Shown here: piece after piece, positions 49,716 through 60,901 of the stretch
How positions within the stretch are numbered: position 1 is the stretch's first letter
How the letters are laid out: each line of letters begins with the position of its first letter
DNA from: an uncultured Actinomycetes bacterium
Lineage (GTDB): Bacteria > Actinomycetota > Thermoleophilia > UBA2241
DNA length: 64,000 nt
Assembly: GCA_963755025.1 (NCBI GenBank)
Contig: CAVWIH010000010.1
Location: forward strand, 33,370-97,369
Reading direction: 5' to 3'
Program-made: the position numbers and the translations under genes
Notes under the pieces: generated by a model
Seen by the model: only the letters and a program-made list of their open reading frames with translations
Databases searched by the model: none
What the model was told of the DNA's origin: nothing

Positions 49716-50351
49716 CTAGCTCGCCTCGAACGAGGCGATGGCGCGGGCAAAGAGCGGGCGCTCGCCGTTCCATTGGCCGGCCGTGGCGCCCGCGGTGAGC
49801 ACGTAAATGCGCCCGCCCGACGACAGCACGTAGAGCCAGCCCACCACCGGCCGCCCGGCGATCGTCACGCCGTAGGGCACGACCACGCCCGTGAGGCCGT
49901 TCAGCGTCACGTCGGACACCGTTCCGGCGCGGGCGTTCGCGCCCAGCTTGGCCACCATGGTGGCGCCCAGCGTGCGCAGCGAGGCGTTCAGCTGGGCGGC
50001 CTGCTGGGCGCTGGGCGACGTGCCCGTGTTCACCAGCGACACGGTGAGCGCGTCGAGGTGGCGGCCGGCGACGATCGCCCCTGAAGTGTCGACGAACGAG
50101 ACCTCGAAGGCGCCGGCGCTCGCCACGCTGGCCGTGCGCCACTGCGTGAGGCGCCGGTCGACGCTTATCGAGATGCCGTAGGTCGTGTTGCTGAAGTGCG
50201 CGACGCCGGCCTTGGGCGCGCCGCAGCCCGCCGTCGCGAGCCCGAGCGCCAGGACCACCGCCAACGCCAGGCACGCGGCAAGCGCTGCCAGGGCGCCGCG
50301 GGCGCGAGTCGTCGGCCGCCCCGGGCGTGCGTGTCGCGTGCGGCGGGGCAT
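49716..50351 (-). CDS. Hypothetical secreted/lipoprotein
   Basis: Arg-rich N-terminus, hydrophobic stretch, ATAG-C lipobox-like site. Fused to the decarboxylase in the ORF track only because of frameshifts. Confidence 0.65.
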   Translation of the reverse strand: MPRRTRHARPGRPTTRARGALAALAACLALAVVLALGLATAGCGAPKAGVAHFSNTTYGISISVDRRLTQWRTASVASAGAFEVSFVDTSGAIVAGRHLDALTVSLVNTGTSPSAQQAAQLNASLRTLGATMVAKLGANARAGTVSDVTLNGLTGVVVPYGVTIAGRPVVGWLYVLSSGGRIYVLTAGATAGQWNGERPLFARAIASFEAS

Positions 50352-50365
50352 GTCGGCGCGACCCC

Positions 50366-51846
50366 TCAGCTCACGACGCGCAGCGTCATTAGGGTGAGGT
50401 CTTCGGGGCCGTGCACGTGCAGCTCGCGCGCCGCGGCCTCGCCCAGGTAGGCGGCGATCTCGTCGGAGATCTCTTCGCCGGGCGCGACGACCGGTATGCC
50501 GGGCGGGTAGGGGGCCACCATCTCGGCGCTCACGCGCCCCGGCGTGCTCGCCACCGGCAGCGGCTCGGAGCGGGCGAAGAAGGCGTCGCGCGGGCTCATG
50601 ACCTGGCGCGTGAAGCGCGGCCAGCTCGCGAGCGGCGTGGCGCAGGCGACGGCGCCGGCGTCGCGGCGGCGGGCGGCAAGGTCGGTCATGGCGGCGACGA
50701 AGCAGGCGACGTCGTCGCGCGAGTCGCCGTAGGTGACGTTGAGCAGCACGTTCAGCGGGTCGGCGGCCTCGACGGCGATGCCGTAGTCGTCGCGCAGCGT
50801 GGTCTCGAGCTCGTAGCCGGTCAGGCCCAGGTCGCAGGCCGACAGCGTGAGGCGCGTGCGGTCGAGGTCGGCCACGCCCGGGCGGCTGAGGACCTCGTCG
50901 GACAGCACGCGCACGCCGGCGAGCGGCGCCAGGCGCTCGCGCGCCCAGGCGGCGTTGCCGAGCGCCTGCGTCCCAAAGCTCTTCGCCCTGGGTGGCCATC
51001 TGCGCCCGGGCGGCGTCGATGGAGGCGTAGATGAGCACCTGGGGGCTGGTCGACTGGGTCATCTTGACGACGCTCTCGAGGCGCTGCAGGTTGAGGCGCT
51101 GGCCGCGGGCGACGAGCACCGACGACTGCGTGATGCCGCTGATGAGCTTGTGCGTGCTGGCCACCATGGCGTCGGCGCCGGCCGACATGGCGTCGAGCGG
51201 CAGGCCGCTGCAAAAGCGCAGGTGCGGCCCCCAGGCCTGGTCGACGACGAGCGGCAGGCCGGCGCCGTGCGCCACGCCGGCGATGGCGTCGAGCGCGGCG
51301 CACACGCCGTTGCTGTTGGGCGAGACGACGAACACGGCCTTGGCGTCGGGGTGCTCGGCGACCGCCGCGGCCACGCGTTCGACGGGTACGTTCAGGGGGA
51401 TGCCCCAGAGCGGGTCGATCTCGGGTTCGACGTAGTGCGGCACGGCGCCCGAGAAGATGAGCGCCGCCTGCAGCGACTTGTGGGCGTTGCGCGGCACGAT
51501 CACCGAGTCGCCCGGTCCGGCCAGGCTGAGCAGCAGGGAGTGGATGCCGCTGGTCGAGCCGTTCACCAAAAAGAAGCAGCGCTCGCCGCCCCAGGCCGCG
51601 GCGGCCAGGTCTTCGGCGCCGCGCACCAGCGCCGTCGATTCGCGGGTGTCTTCGACGCCGCCCGCCATGGCCACGTCGACGGCCAGCAGGGCCGAGCCGA
51701 AGACCTCGCGCATGATCGGCGGGCGCGCCCTTGCCCAGCTTGTGGCCGGGCGTGTGGAAGGGCACGATGCCCTGCGTGCGGTAGCCGAGCAGGGCATCGA
51801 TGTACGGCGTGGCCGCCTGAGCGGGTGTCTGCATGGGCTTGTCCAT
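50366..51846 (-). CDS. Orn/Lys/Arg decarboxylase (PLP; frameshifted)
   Basis: PFHTPGHKLG, FLVNGST, PRNAHKS, VDQAWG, STHK, STSP, PYPPGIPVVAPGE. Confidence 0.9.
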
Positions 51847-51952
51847 TGTTCTGCCCGGGTCGCGGGACGGTGCCTTGCAGTCTACCACTCGAGCCTCCCG
51901 AGGGCGCGGCGGTGGTAGACTCGAACGACGGTCCGACGGTAACGACAAGGTG

Positions 51953-53581
51953 GTGACCATCAGTCTCGACCACACGGTGAGGGTACGCTTCGCGCCGAGC
52001 CCGACGGGCACGCTGCACATCGGCTCGGCGCGCACCGCGCTCTACAACTTTCTGGTCGCCCGCCACGCCGGCGGCGCCTTCGTCGTGCGCATCGAGGACA
52101 CCGACGCGGCGCGCTCCGAGGAGCGCTTCGAGCGCGCCATCCTAGACGACCTCGCCTGGCTGGGCCTCGACTGGGACGAAGGCCCCGACCGGGGCGGGCC
52201 CTACGGCCCCTACCGCCAGGCCGAGCGCGTGCCCATCTACCGTCGCGCGGCCGACGACCTGGTCGCCGCCGGTCTCGCGTACCCCTGCTTCTGCAGCCAG
52301 GAGCGCCTCGACACGCTGCGCGCCGCGGCCCACGCCGCGGGCCGCCCGCCGCGCTACGATGGCCGCTGCCGGGCGCTCGAGCCCGCCGCCGTGCAGGAAC
52401 GCCTCGCCGCCGGCGAGCCGGCCGCGCTGCGCTTCGCCGTGCCGGCGGGAGACGTGCGGTTCGACGACGTCATCCGCGGGCCCATCACGATCGGCTCCGA
52501 GCAGATCGGCGACTTCATCATCCTGCGCTCCGACCACCTGCCGAGCTACAACTTCGCGGCCGTGGTCGACGACGCCGCCATGGCCATCACCCACGTCATC
52601 CGCGGCGACGACCACCTCACCAACACCGCCCGCCAGGAGCTGCTGCGCCGCGCCCTCTACCCCGGCGCGGCGGCGCCCGTCTACGCCCACCACGCCATGA
52701 TCCTGGCGCCCGACGGCGGCAAGCTCTCAAAGCGCCACGGGGCGACGGCGGTGGGCGACTACCGCAGCCTCGGCTACCTGCCCCAGGCGATCGTCAATTA
52801 CCTGGCGCTGCTCTCGTGGTCGCACGGCGACGACGAGGTGCTCGGCATCGAGCGGCTCGTCGCCGAGCTTCGAGCTCGCGGCGCTGTCGGGCAGCCCGGC
52901 GATCTTCGACATGGGCAAGCTCGACTGGCTGAACCACCAGTGGATCATGGCCTCGAGCGACGCCGACCACGAGCGCCTGGTCGGCGAGCGCCTGCCGGCC
53001 GGCACCCCGGCGCCCGCGGTAGCCGCCATCGCCGCCGCCGTCAAGTCGTCGCTCGAGCGCTACGGCGACGTGCCCCAGGCCGCCGCCCCGCTGCTCGAGC
53101 GCCCCACGCTCGACGCCGCGACGCTTCAGGTCGTCGCCGGCGCCGCGACCGCTCGCCCTCTTCGCCGACTTGCGCCGCGCCGCGCCGGCGCCCTACGTCA
53201 CGCGCGAGCAGGCGCGCGAGCTGCTCGGCGAGTACCGCCGCCTGGGCAAGGAGCGTTCGCTCAGCGCGCGCGAGCTGCTCATGCCGCTGCGCCTGGCGCT
53301 GACCGGCCGCGAGCACGGTCCCGAGCTCGCCTTCGTGCTCGCCGCCATCGCCGCCGACGAGACCCTCGAGCGCCTTGCCAGCGCCACAAGCGCGCACCGC
53401 CCGCCGCCGTTCGCGCGGCGCCGGGCCGCCCGCCGCCGTTCGCGCGCCGCCGCCCCGCCCGCCGCCGGCCGCCCGCCGCCGGCCGCCCGGCGCCGGGCCG
53501 CCCGGCGCGATCGCCCCTGCCGACGAGACCGCGCCGCCGTCCGGCGCGACCCCCGCCACGACCGAAGGAGACCAACGGTGA
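51953..53581 (+). CDS. gltX: Glutamate--tRNA ligase (frameshifted; 3' end approximate)
   Basis: VRVRFAPSPTGTLHIGSAR, RIEDTD, ITHVIRGDDH, KLSKRHG, PLRLALTG..HGPEL. Confidence 0.92.
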
Positions 53582-55162
53582 TCAGGCTCTTCAACTCTCT
53601 CACGCAGCGCAAGGAGGAGCTTGTCCCGCGCGACGCAGGCAAGGTCGGCATCTACGCCTGCGGCCCCACGGTCTACAACCTCGTGCACATCGGCAACGCG
53701 CGTCCCTACGTGGTGTTCGCCGTGCTGCGCGCCTGGCTGACCGCGCGCGGCTACGACGTCACGCTGGTCGAGAACATCACCGACGTCAACGACAAGATCA
53801 ACGCCAAGGCCGACGCCGAGGGCCGCTCGCCCAGCGCGGTGGCGGCCGAGTTCACCCAGGCCTACCTGGACGACACCGACCGCCTCGGCGTGCCGCGGCC
53901 CGACCTCGAGCCGCGGGCCAGCGAGACCATCCCCGAGATCATCGACCTCGTCTGCCAGCTCATCGCCGGCGGCCACGCCTACGAGTCGCAGGGCAGCGTC
54001 TACTTTCGCGTGCGCAGCTTTCCCGACGTACGGCAAGCTCTCCAACCAGCGCATCGACGAGCTCGAAGAGGCCACCCGCGTCGAGGCCGAGCCGGGCAAA
54101 GAAGACCCGCTCGACTTCGCCGTCTGGAAGGCGGCCAAGCCCGGCGAGCGCGAGCACCTCTGGGAGAGCCCCTGGGGCACGGGCCGGCCGGGCTGGCACA
54201 TCGAGTGCTCGGCCATGGGCCTGCGCTACCTGGGCGCCGGCTTCGACATCCACGGCGGCGGCCGCGACCTGATCTTCCCCCACCACGAGAACGAGATCGC
54301 CCAGGCCGAGGCGGCCGGCATGCCCTTCGCCCGCATCTGGATGCACAACGGCATGATCCGCTCCGGCGGCGAGAAGATGGCCAAGTCGGTCGGCAACATC
54401 TTCCTGCTGCGCGAGGTGCTCGACCGCTACCCGGCGCCGGTCGTGCTCACCTACTTCCTCACGACCCACTACCGCAGCCCGCTCGAGTTCTCGCTCGAGA
54501 AGCTCGACGAGGCCAAGGCCGCCTACGGGCGCCTGGTCGAGGCGGTGCGCACGGCCAGCTTCCGCGCCGACAACCCCGGCCGCGGCGAGCTCTACGACGC
54601 CGACCGACCTGCGCGCCGCGCTCGACCGCACGCGCGCCGCCTTCGCCGAGCACATGGACGACGACCTGAACACCGCCGCCGCGCTGGGCGAGCTCTTCGG
54701 CCTGGGCCGCGAGCTCTTTCGCTACGTGGCCGCCGCCGACGCCGCCGGCCGTTCGGCCGACGCGGCCGCCCTCGAAGACGCCGAGGACCTGCTCGTGCAC
54801 GGCCTCGACGACCTCTGCATCGCCCTGCCCGACGCCAGCGCCGGTGGTCGCCGGCTTCGACGCCGACGAGCGGCGGCGCCGCGACGGCTTCGCGCGACTC
54901 CGACGGCGAGGTCTGCGCGACCGACGTCGTGCCGCTGCCGCCGGCCGCGCGCCTCGCCGACGAAGGCCGCTGGGCCGACATCGCCGAGCTGGTCGACGAG
55001 CGCCTCACCTGCGGCGACGCCACCTACGCCTGCCTGCTGCGCGACCACCTGCGCGCCGAAAAGGACTAGGCCAGCGCCGACGCCCTGCGCGCCCGCCTCG
55101 AGGCGGCCGGCTTCGAGGTGCGCGACACGCCGGGCGGCACGCAGGTGGTGCGCAAGGGCTGA
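53578..55162 (+). CDS. cysS: Cysteine--tRNA ligase (frameshifted; in-frame TAG at 55067-55069)
   Basis: [57 protein letters not shown]; C-terminal [12 protein letters not shown]...VRDTPGGT. Confidence 0.93.
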
Positions 55163-56041
55163 TGGGCGCCGTTCTGCCTGACGGGAACGCGGCCGGTCCC
55201 GACCGGAACGCGGCGGGGGCGGCGGGGCGGCGGCCTGCGGCCGCCGCCCCCGCCGCTGACCGTGGACTGGCTCTACGGCCGGCAGGTCGTGCGCCTGGCC
55301 TGCGCGGGCGGCGCGAAGCGCCGCCCGCGCAGGCTCGTGGCGACCACCGAGGCGCTCGCCTGGCTGACGGCCGCATAAGGTCGACAGCGGCGCCCTGCGG
55401 GTCGAGACCACCGAGGCCCACGACATCGCCCAGCTCACCGGCAGCCGCGAGCACCAGGGGGTCGCCTGTCTGGTGGGCGACTATCCCTACGCGCCGCCCG
55501 GCGACCTGCTCGCCTGCGACCTGCTGGTCGTGCTCGACGAGGTCACCGACCCGCGCAACCTGGGCGCCATCGCGCGCAGCGCCCTGGCGGCCGGCGCCGG
55601 CGGCCTCGTGCTGCCGCGCCACCGTCGGCGGCGGTCACGCCGGCGGCGGTCAAGGCGTCGGCCGGGTCCACCGAGCACCTGGACATCGCCCACGTGACCA
55701 ACGTCGTCGCCTTTCTTGCCGAGTGCAAGCAGGCCGGCCACTGGATCTACGGGGCGGCCGGCGACGAGCCGCGCCCGTACGGCGCCCTCGACCTCACGGG
55801 CAAGGTGGCGCTCGTCTTCGGCGCCGAGGGCCGCGGCCTGCGCCCGCTGGTGCGCCGCGCCTGCGACGAGCTCGGCGCCATCCCCATGCAGGGTCCGGTC
55901 GGCAGCCTCAACGTCAGCGTGGCGGCGGCGCTGTTCCTCTACGAGGCGTACCGCCAGCGCGCCGCCGCCGCGCCGGCCGCCCAAGCCGGCGCGCGGCGCA
56001 AAGCCCGCGCCCGGCGCCTCCGGCGGCCCGCGCGGGCATGA
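55162..56041 (+). CDS. rlmB: 23S rRNA G2251 2'-O-methyltransferase (frameshifted)
   Basis: LYGR, HQGV, LDEVTDPRNLGAIARSA, KASAG, GAEGRGLR, IPMQG..GSLNVSVA. Confidence 0.88.
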
Positions 56042-56600
56042 GCCGCGCCCCGGCGGGGGAGCCTAGGCGCATGGCGTCAAAGGCCCACGACTCCCACGAC
56101 TCGTACATCGTCGACGGCTACAACGTGCTGCACGCGCTGTTTCCCGGCCTGCGCCAGCGAGCAGCTCGAGGACCGGCGCCGCTGGCTGGCCGAGCAGCTC
56201 GCCGGCTTCGCCGCGCTGCGCGGCGCCCAGGTGGTGCTGGTCTTCGACGCCCACTCCCAGCCGCGCGGCGACCTGCGAGCCGCTCGCCGGCACGCGCGTC
56301 GAGGTGTGCTACGCCGGCGGTTCGCAGTCGGCCGACGAGGTGATCGCGCGCCGCATCGCCGAGCGAGCCGGCCGACGCGGCGATCGTCGTGGTGTCGGCC
56401 GACTACGAAGTGCAGCGCACGGCGACCAGGGCCGGCGTGCGGCGCATGACGCCGCGCGAACTGGGCGCCGCGCATGGGCGTCGACCACAAACGACTTGCA
56501 AACGACGAGAACAACAGTAGAATGGCGACAACACTTGAGGATAAACTTAGACCTTGAGACTTGGCGAAAGCTGGAGCGCCTGAGACGCGAAGGCGGTTAG
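56038..56600 (+). CDS. NYN-domain RNase (YacP/Rae1-like; frameshifted)
   Basis: YIVDGYNV, VVLVFDA, SADEVI, VVSAD; conserved position between rlmB and sigH. Confidence 0.75.
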
Positions 56601-56638
56601 CCGCCCCACTCAGGCTCAAGCTCGGGGGGCAGAGGGCG

Positions 56639-57323
56639 ATGACGCAGCGGCGACAGCCGACAGCAGCCGAACGGCGGGCCGCCTGTCTAACCCTCAGGTC
56701 CACTCAGAGAGTTCCGATCTCGCCCTCGTCAACTCCTACCGCCGCGGCAACCAGGGCGCCCTCAACGCCCTCATGCTGCGTTACCACCAGTTCGTGCGCC
56801 TCAAGGCGAGCTCGTACTTTCTCGCCGGCGGCGACTCCGAAGACCTGATCCAGGAGGGCATGGTCGGCCTCTACAAGGCGGTGCGCGACTACCGCGACGA
56901 CCGCCAGGCGTCGTTTCGCAGCTTCGCCGAACTGTGCATCACCCGGCAGATCATCACGGCCATCAAGACGGCCACGCGCCAAAAGCACGTGCCGCTGAAC
57001 GGCTACCTGTCGTTCAGCCACACCCCCGGCGACTCGGGCGACGACAGCGAATGCAGCCTGGCCGACATACTGCCGGGCTCGTCGGTCAACGACCCCGTCA
57101 ACCAGGTGATCTCGGCCGAAGAGGTCGCGAGCCTCAAGCACTGCCTCACCCGCATGCTCTCGACCCTCGAGAGCCGCGTCCTGCGGCCTGTACCTGCAGG
57201 GCCTGTCGTACGAAAAGATCGCCCGGCGGCTCGAGTGCGACTGCAAGACGGTCGACAACGCGCTGCAGCGCATCAAGCGCAAGGTCGACCTGCACCTCGA
57301 AGAGGCGCAAGGTCCTGCAGTAG
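56639..57323 (+). CDS. sigH: RNA polymerase sigma factor, SigH/Spo0H-type (ends approximate)
   Basis: YFLAGGDSEDLIQEGMVGLYKAVRDY, SFRSFAELCITRQIITAIKTATRQKHVPLN, KTVDNALQRIKRK. Confidence 0.88.
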
Positions 57324-57473
57324 GGTCCCGCAGGGGCCAGGTGCCGCGCAGCGCGCGGGGGCCGCGCGAGCCAGACGCCTGGGTAAGGCGTGTGAGCGCG
57401 GCGGCCGCTCGGCGGCCTCGGCGGCTACCAAGCGCGCGGCGCCGGCCGGCGCTTGCCGGGCCGCTGCGAGCAT

Positions 57474-58568
57474 CTAGAAGGTCATCAGGCTGACGTCGTG
57501 GCCCTTGGCCTGCACGAGCAGCTTGAAGTCGTGCGGGTTGGTGAGCACCTGGGCGGCGTCGTGCAGCGTGATCAGCCCCTCCTCGTAGAGGCTCAGCAAG
57601 CGCCTGGTCGAAGGTCGTCATGCCGTAGAACTCGCCCTCTTTGATGGCCTGGCCGATCAGCGAGGTCTGGTCGGGGTCGAGCACGAAGTCGCGGATGCGG
57701 CTGGTCATGACCATGACCTCGACGGCCGGCACCCGGCCCTGGCCGTCGGCGCGCGGCAGCAGGCGCTGCGAGATGATGCCGCGCAGCGTGCCGGCGAGCA
57801 TGATGCGCACCTGCTTCTGCTGGTGCAGCGGGAAGAAGTCGATGATGCGGTTGATGGTCTCGGTGGCGTCGATGGTGTGCAGCGTGCTCATCACGAAGTG
57901 GCCGGTCTGGGCGGCGGTGAGCGCCGCCGAGACGGTCTCGACGTCGCGCATCTCGCCGATCAGGATGTCGTCGGGGTCCTGGCGCAGCACGTACTTGAGC
58001 GCCGACGCGTACGACTCGGTGTCGAGGCCGATCTCGCGCTGGTTGATGATCGCCTTGCGGTCCTTGTGCAGCACCTCGATGGGGTCTTCGATGGTCACGA
58101 TGTGGCGGCGCACGGTGTTGTTGATGTGGTCGATCATGGCCGCCAGGGTGGTCGTCTTGCCCGAACCGGTGGTGCCGGTCACGAGCAGCAGGCCGCGGGG
58201 CTCCAGCGCGAGGCGCTTGATGATGTCGGGCAGGTGCAGGCTCCTCGAACGAGGGGATCTGCGTGGCGACCTGGCGCATGGCGACCGAGATGCTGCCGCG
58301 CTGCCGGTAGATGTTCACGCGAAAGCGGCCGATGGTCGGCGGCCGAGTAGGCGAAGTCGATCTCGTTGTGCTCGCTGAAGCGGCGGATCTGCTTGTCGGT
58401 CATGATCGAGGCGGCGGCGTCTTTGGTGTCCTCGGGCGTGAGGACGGGCTCGTCGAGCAGGTGCAGCTCGCCGTCGACGCGCACGACCGGCGGGCTGCCG
58501 GCCTTGATGTGAAGGTCGGAGGCGTTGCGCGAGACCATCTCGTTGAGCAGCTCGTCTACCGTCTTCAC
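57474..58568 (-). CDS. pilT: Type IV pilus retraction ATPase PilT/PilU (frameshifted)
   Basis: ASDLHI, VTGTTGSGKTTT, TIEDPIE, LRQDPD, IGEMRD, TGH...STLHT, GMTTFDQ. Confidence 0.9.
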
Positions 58569-58732
58569 GTGGCGTCATCTCCGTCTGCTTTACACGGGTT
58601 CCCCTACATAATCGGCCGGACGCCGCAGATGTTTACCCTTGGGGCGTGTCGCAAGGCAGAAAAAGAGGAGCGCGCAACGGCGGGCGGGCCGCGGCGCAGG
58701 CGTGGGCTACCGGGCGCGCCGGCAGAGGCGGG

Positions 58733-59755
58733 TCAGGGCCGGCCGAACCCCGAGTTACCGGAGACGGAGCCGTAGCTCACCATGGCGCCGGTGTGCGGCG
58801 CGTCGATCATGCTGCCCCCGCCGGCGTAGATGCCGACGTGGTAGGCGGGGCTGCCGAAGAACACGAGGTCGCCGGGCTGCGCCTGGGCGGCCGACACGGG
58901 TGCGCACATGGCCTGCTGGGCGGCGGCGTTGTGCGGCAGGCTCACGCCGAAGGCGGCCCAGCAGTACATGGTGAAGCCCGAACAGTCGAAACCCTGTGGC
59001 GTGGAGCCGCCCCACACGTAAGGCACCTTGCCGACGAAGCTCGCGGCGAAGGCCACCACGCTGCTGTGGTCGGGGTTGACCGGCGTGGCGACGCCCGTCG
59101 AGACGTAGCCGCCCGACTTTTTGGCGGACTGGCGGGCGGCCTGGGCCTGCTGCGCTTCGAGCTGGGCGATCTGCGACTTGACGCCGCGGAGCAGCGACTG
59201 GCGCGCCGCCAGGGCGCTCTCGACGCCGGCCTTTTCGGTGGCGCGCTGGGCCACGACCTTCTGGGCGGCGGCCTGGTCGACGACCAGCGACTTCTGGGCC
59301 GCCTTGATGGTCGTCTGGAAGCTGGCGATCGAGTTGACCATGGTCGACTCGCTGGAGCTCACGCGGTGCAGCATGTTGAGCTGGTCGACCATCGACGAGA
59401 AGCTCTTGGTCTGGACGATCACGTCGAGCATCTCGACGGGGCGCTGCTTGTACATGGCCACCACGCGCTGGTCGAGCATGGCCTTGGCCAGCTGCAGGTT
59501 GTAGCGCGTGACGGCGAGGGTGTGGCGGTTGGCGGCGATCTGGCTATCGATCGTGGCGAGCTTGCCGGTGGCGGCGTCGTAGCGCTCGACGACCTGTTCC
59601 ATTCTGTTGTCGAGGGTGGTGAGCTGCCCCATGATCTCGTGCGCGCGAGCCTTCTTTTGGGCGAGCGTGTCGGCGGCGGCGACGGAGGGGAGAACGAAGG
59701 GGAGGACGAGAAGGGCGGCGAGAGCGACGAGGAACAGTCTGCGATTGCGCTTCAA
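58733..59755 (-). CDS. Secreted NlpC/P60 peptidoglycan hydrolase with coiled coil
   Basis: Signal peptide from TTG 59755 (AAGGAGG RBS), coiled coil, PYVWGG..GFDCSG, GDLVFF, HVGIY. Confidence 0.92.
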   Translation of the reverse strand: MKRNRRLFLVALAALLVLPFVLPSVAAADTLAQKKARAHEIMGQLTTLDNRMEQVVERYDAATGKLATIDSQIAANRHTLAVTRYNLQLAKAMLDQRVVAMYKQRPVEMLDVIVQTKSFSSMVDQLNMLHRVSSSESTMVNSIASFQTTIKAAQKSLVVDQAAAQKVVAQRATEKAGVESALAARQSLLRGVKSQIAQLEAQQAQAARQSAKKSGGYVSTGVATPVNPDHSSVVAFAASFVGKVPYVWGGSTPQGFDCSGFTMYCWAAFGVSLPHNAAAQQAMCAPVSAAQAQPGDLVFFGSPAYHVGIYAGGGSMIDAPHTGAMVSYGSVSGNSGFGRP

Positions 59756-59883
59756 TGCATCGCCTCCTTGCGGGGCGCGACAGGCCGGTGTGTGACGCTC
59801 GCGCTGGAACGCGCGCGCCGCTTGTGCCCGATGCGACAGTCCATAAAAGAATCGACCCCACTGGCTCCTTCGAGGTCGGTCGT

Positions 59884-59912
59884 ACCGTACCATCGGCCCC
59901 AGGGCATTTCAA
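59884..59912 (-). promoter_or_regulatory. Sigma70-type promoter of the NlpC/P60 gene
   Basis: TTGAAA-17 nt-TACGGT with a TG extension. Confidence 0.5.
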
Positions 59913-60046
59913 GGACGGCCCCCCGAAACGGCGTCCAGTTGTCGCCCGGGTCGCCGCGGGCATACAGTGCTCGAGCGAAGGGGTGACGGTGTGATCGCGA
60001 GCTTCTCAGACGACGTTCGGCGGCGCTCGACGGCGCCGCCGCCGAC

Positions 60047-60721
60047 ATGAGCACGGTGGTCTTCGTCGACCGCGGGCTCGATCAGGCCGTGCCCGCGTCG
60101 TTGCCGGGCGCCGAGCTCGTGCCCGAGCGTCGCGCCGGCCGGCGGCCCGCCTACCTGGGTCCGGAGCGCCGCCGCCGCGCCGCACCGCGCCTCGAGCCCC
60201 GCGAGAACGGCCTCGCCGTCGTGCACACCTGCTCTGCCTGCGGGCGTCTCTCCATCGTGCCGTACGTGCCGGGCACAGGCCTCGCGACCGCGCCGCCCTG
60301 TCCGTGCTCCCGGACGGCTCCGGCGGGCGCCGCCGTGCTGACCGTGTTCCCGCCGGCTGCGGCGGCTGCGCTCCCGGCGGCCACGCTGCCCGCGGCGCCC
60401 ATCGCGCGGCCGTCGGCGCGGCGCGAGCGCTCGGCGGTGATCGCCGTCTCGCTCGTCTTGCTGTGGCTGCTCAACCTGGACGACGTGCTGCTCACGAGGC
60501 GCGCCCTGCAGATGGGCGCGGTCGAGGCCAACGCCGTCATGGCGCAGTTCCTGCGCCTGGGGTTCACCCAGGCGGCGCTCATCAAGATGGCCGTGGTCAC
60601 GGCCGGTGCGGTCTTTCTGTGGACGCAGCGCCGGCGCGCCATCGTGCTGGTCGCCAGCGTGGGCCTGGCGAGCGTCTACCTGGCGCTGGTCGTCTATCAG
60701 CTGGTGATCCTGAGCACCTGA
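60047..60721 (+). CDS. Membrane protein with DUF5658-like C-terminus (start uncertain)
   Basis: LNLDDVLLT...GAVEANAVM...KM plus 3 hydrophobic segments; N-terminal CxxC/CxC. Confidence 0.6.
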   Translation: MSTVVFVDRGLDQAVPASLPGAELVPERRAGRRPAYLGPERRRRAAPRLEPRENGLAVVHTCSACGRLSIVPYVPGTGLATAPPCPCSRTAPAGAAVLTVFPPAAAAALPAATLPAAPIARPSARRERSAVIAVSLVLLWLLNLDDVLLTRRALQMGAVEANAVMAQFLRLGFTQAALIKMAVVTAGAVFLWTQRRRAIVLVASVGLASVYLALVVYQLVILST

Positions 60722-60817
60722 GCGCGGTCGCGCGCCGGGGAGTGGCAGCCGGCCGGTGTTCCACGCCGCGACCCGCAACCGGCCGGTATCGGGCGCCGCG
60801 AACTGCTGCAGAAACGA

Positions 60818-60855
60818 GCGAAGGGCGCGGCGGCCTTGGCCGCCGCGCCCTTCGC
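60818..60855. terminator. Hairpin between convergent genes
   Basis: GCGAAGGGCGCGGCGGCC-tt-GGCCGCCGCGCCCTTCGC. Confidence 0.6.
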
Positions 60856-60901
60856 GGTTCTTGCGCTGCGCTCCCGATGGGCGCGCGCGGCAGTCGCTGT
60901 C

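Noticed and set aside
49716-51797. 693-aa decarboxylase-lipoprotein fusion ORF (similarly the gltX-cysS 53170..54669 ORF)
   Set aside because: An artefact of frameshifts joining separate genes.
55370-55380. Internal TAA in rlmB as recoding
   Set aside because: The conserved sequence resumes in a different frame, so this is an indel error rather than a stop readthrough.
59756-59900. c-di-AMP (ydaO) riboswitch before the NlpC/P60 gene
   Set aside because: The context is typical, but the conserved GCTGAATCC / GGGGAACC / CCCGTCAGCTAAC elements are not visible.
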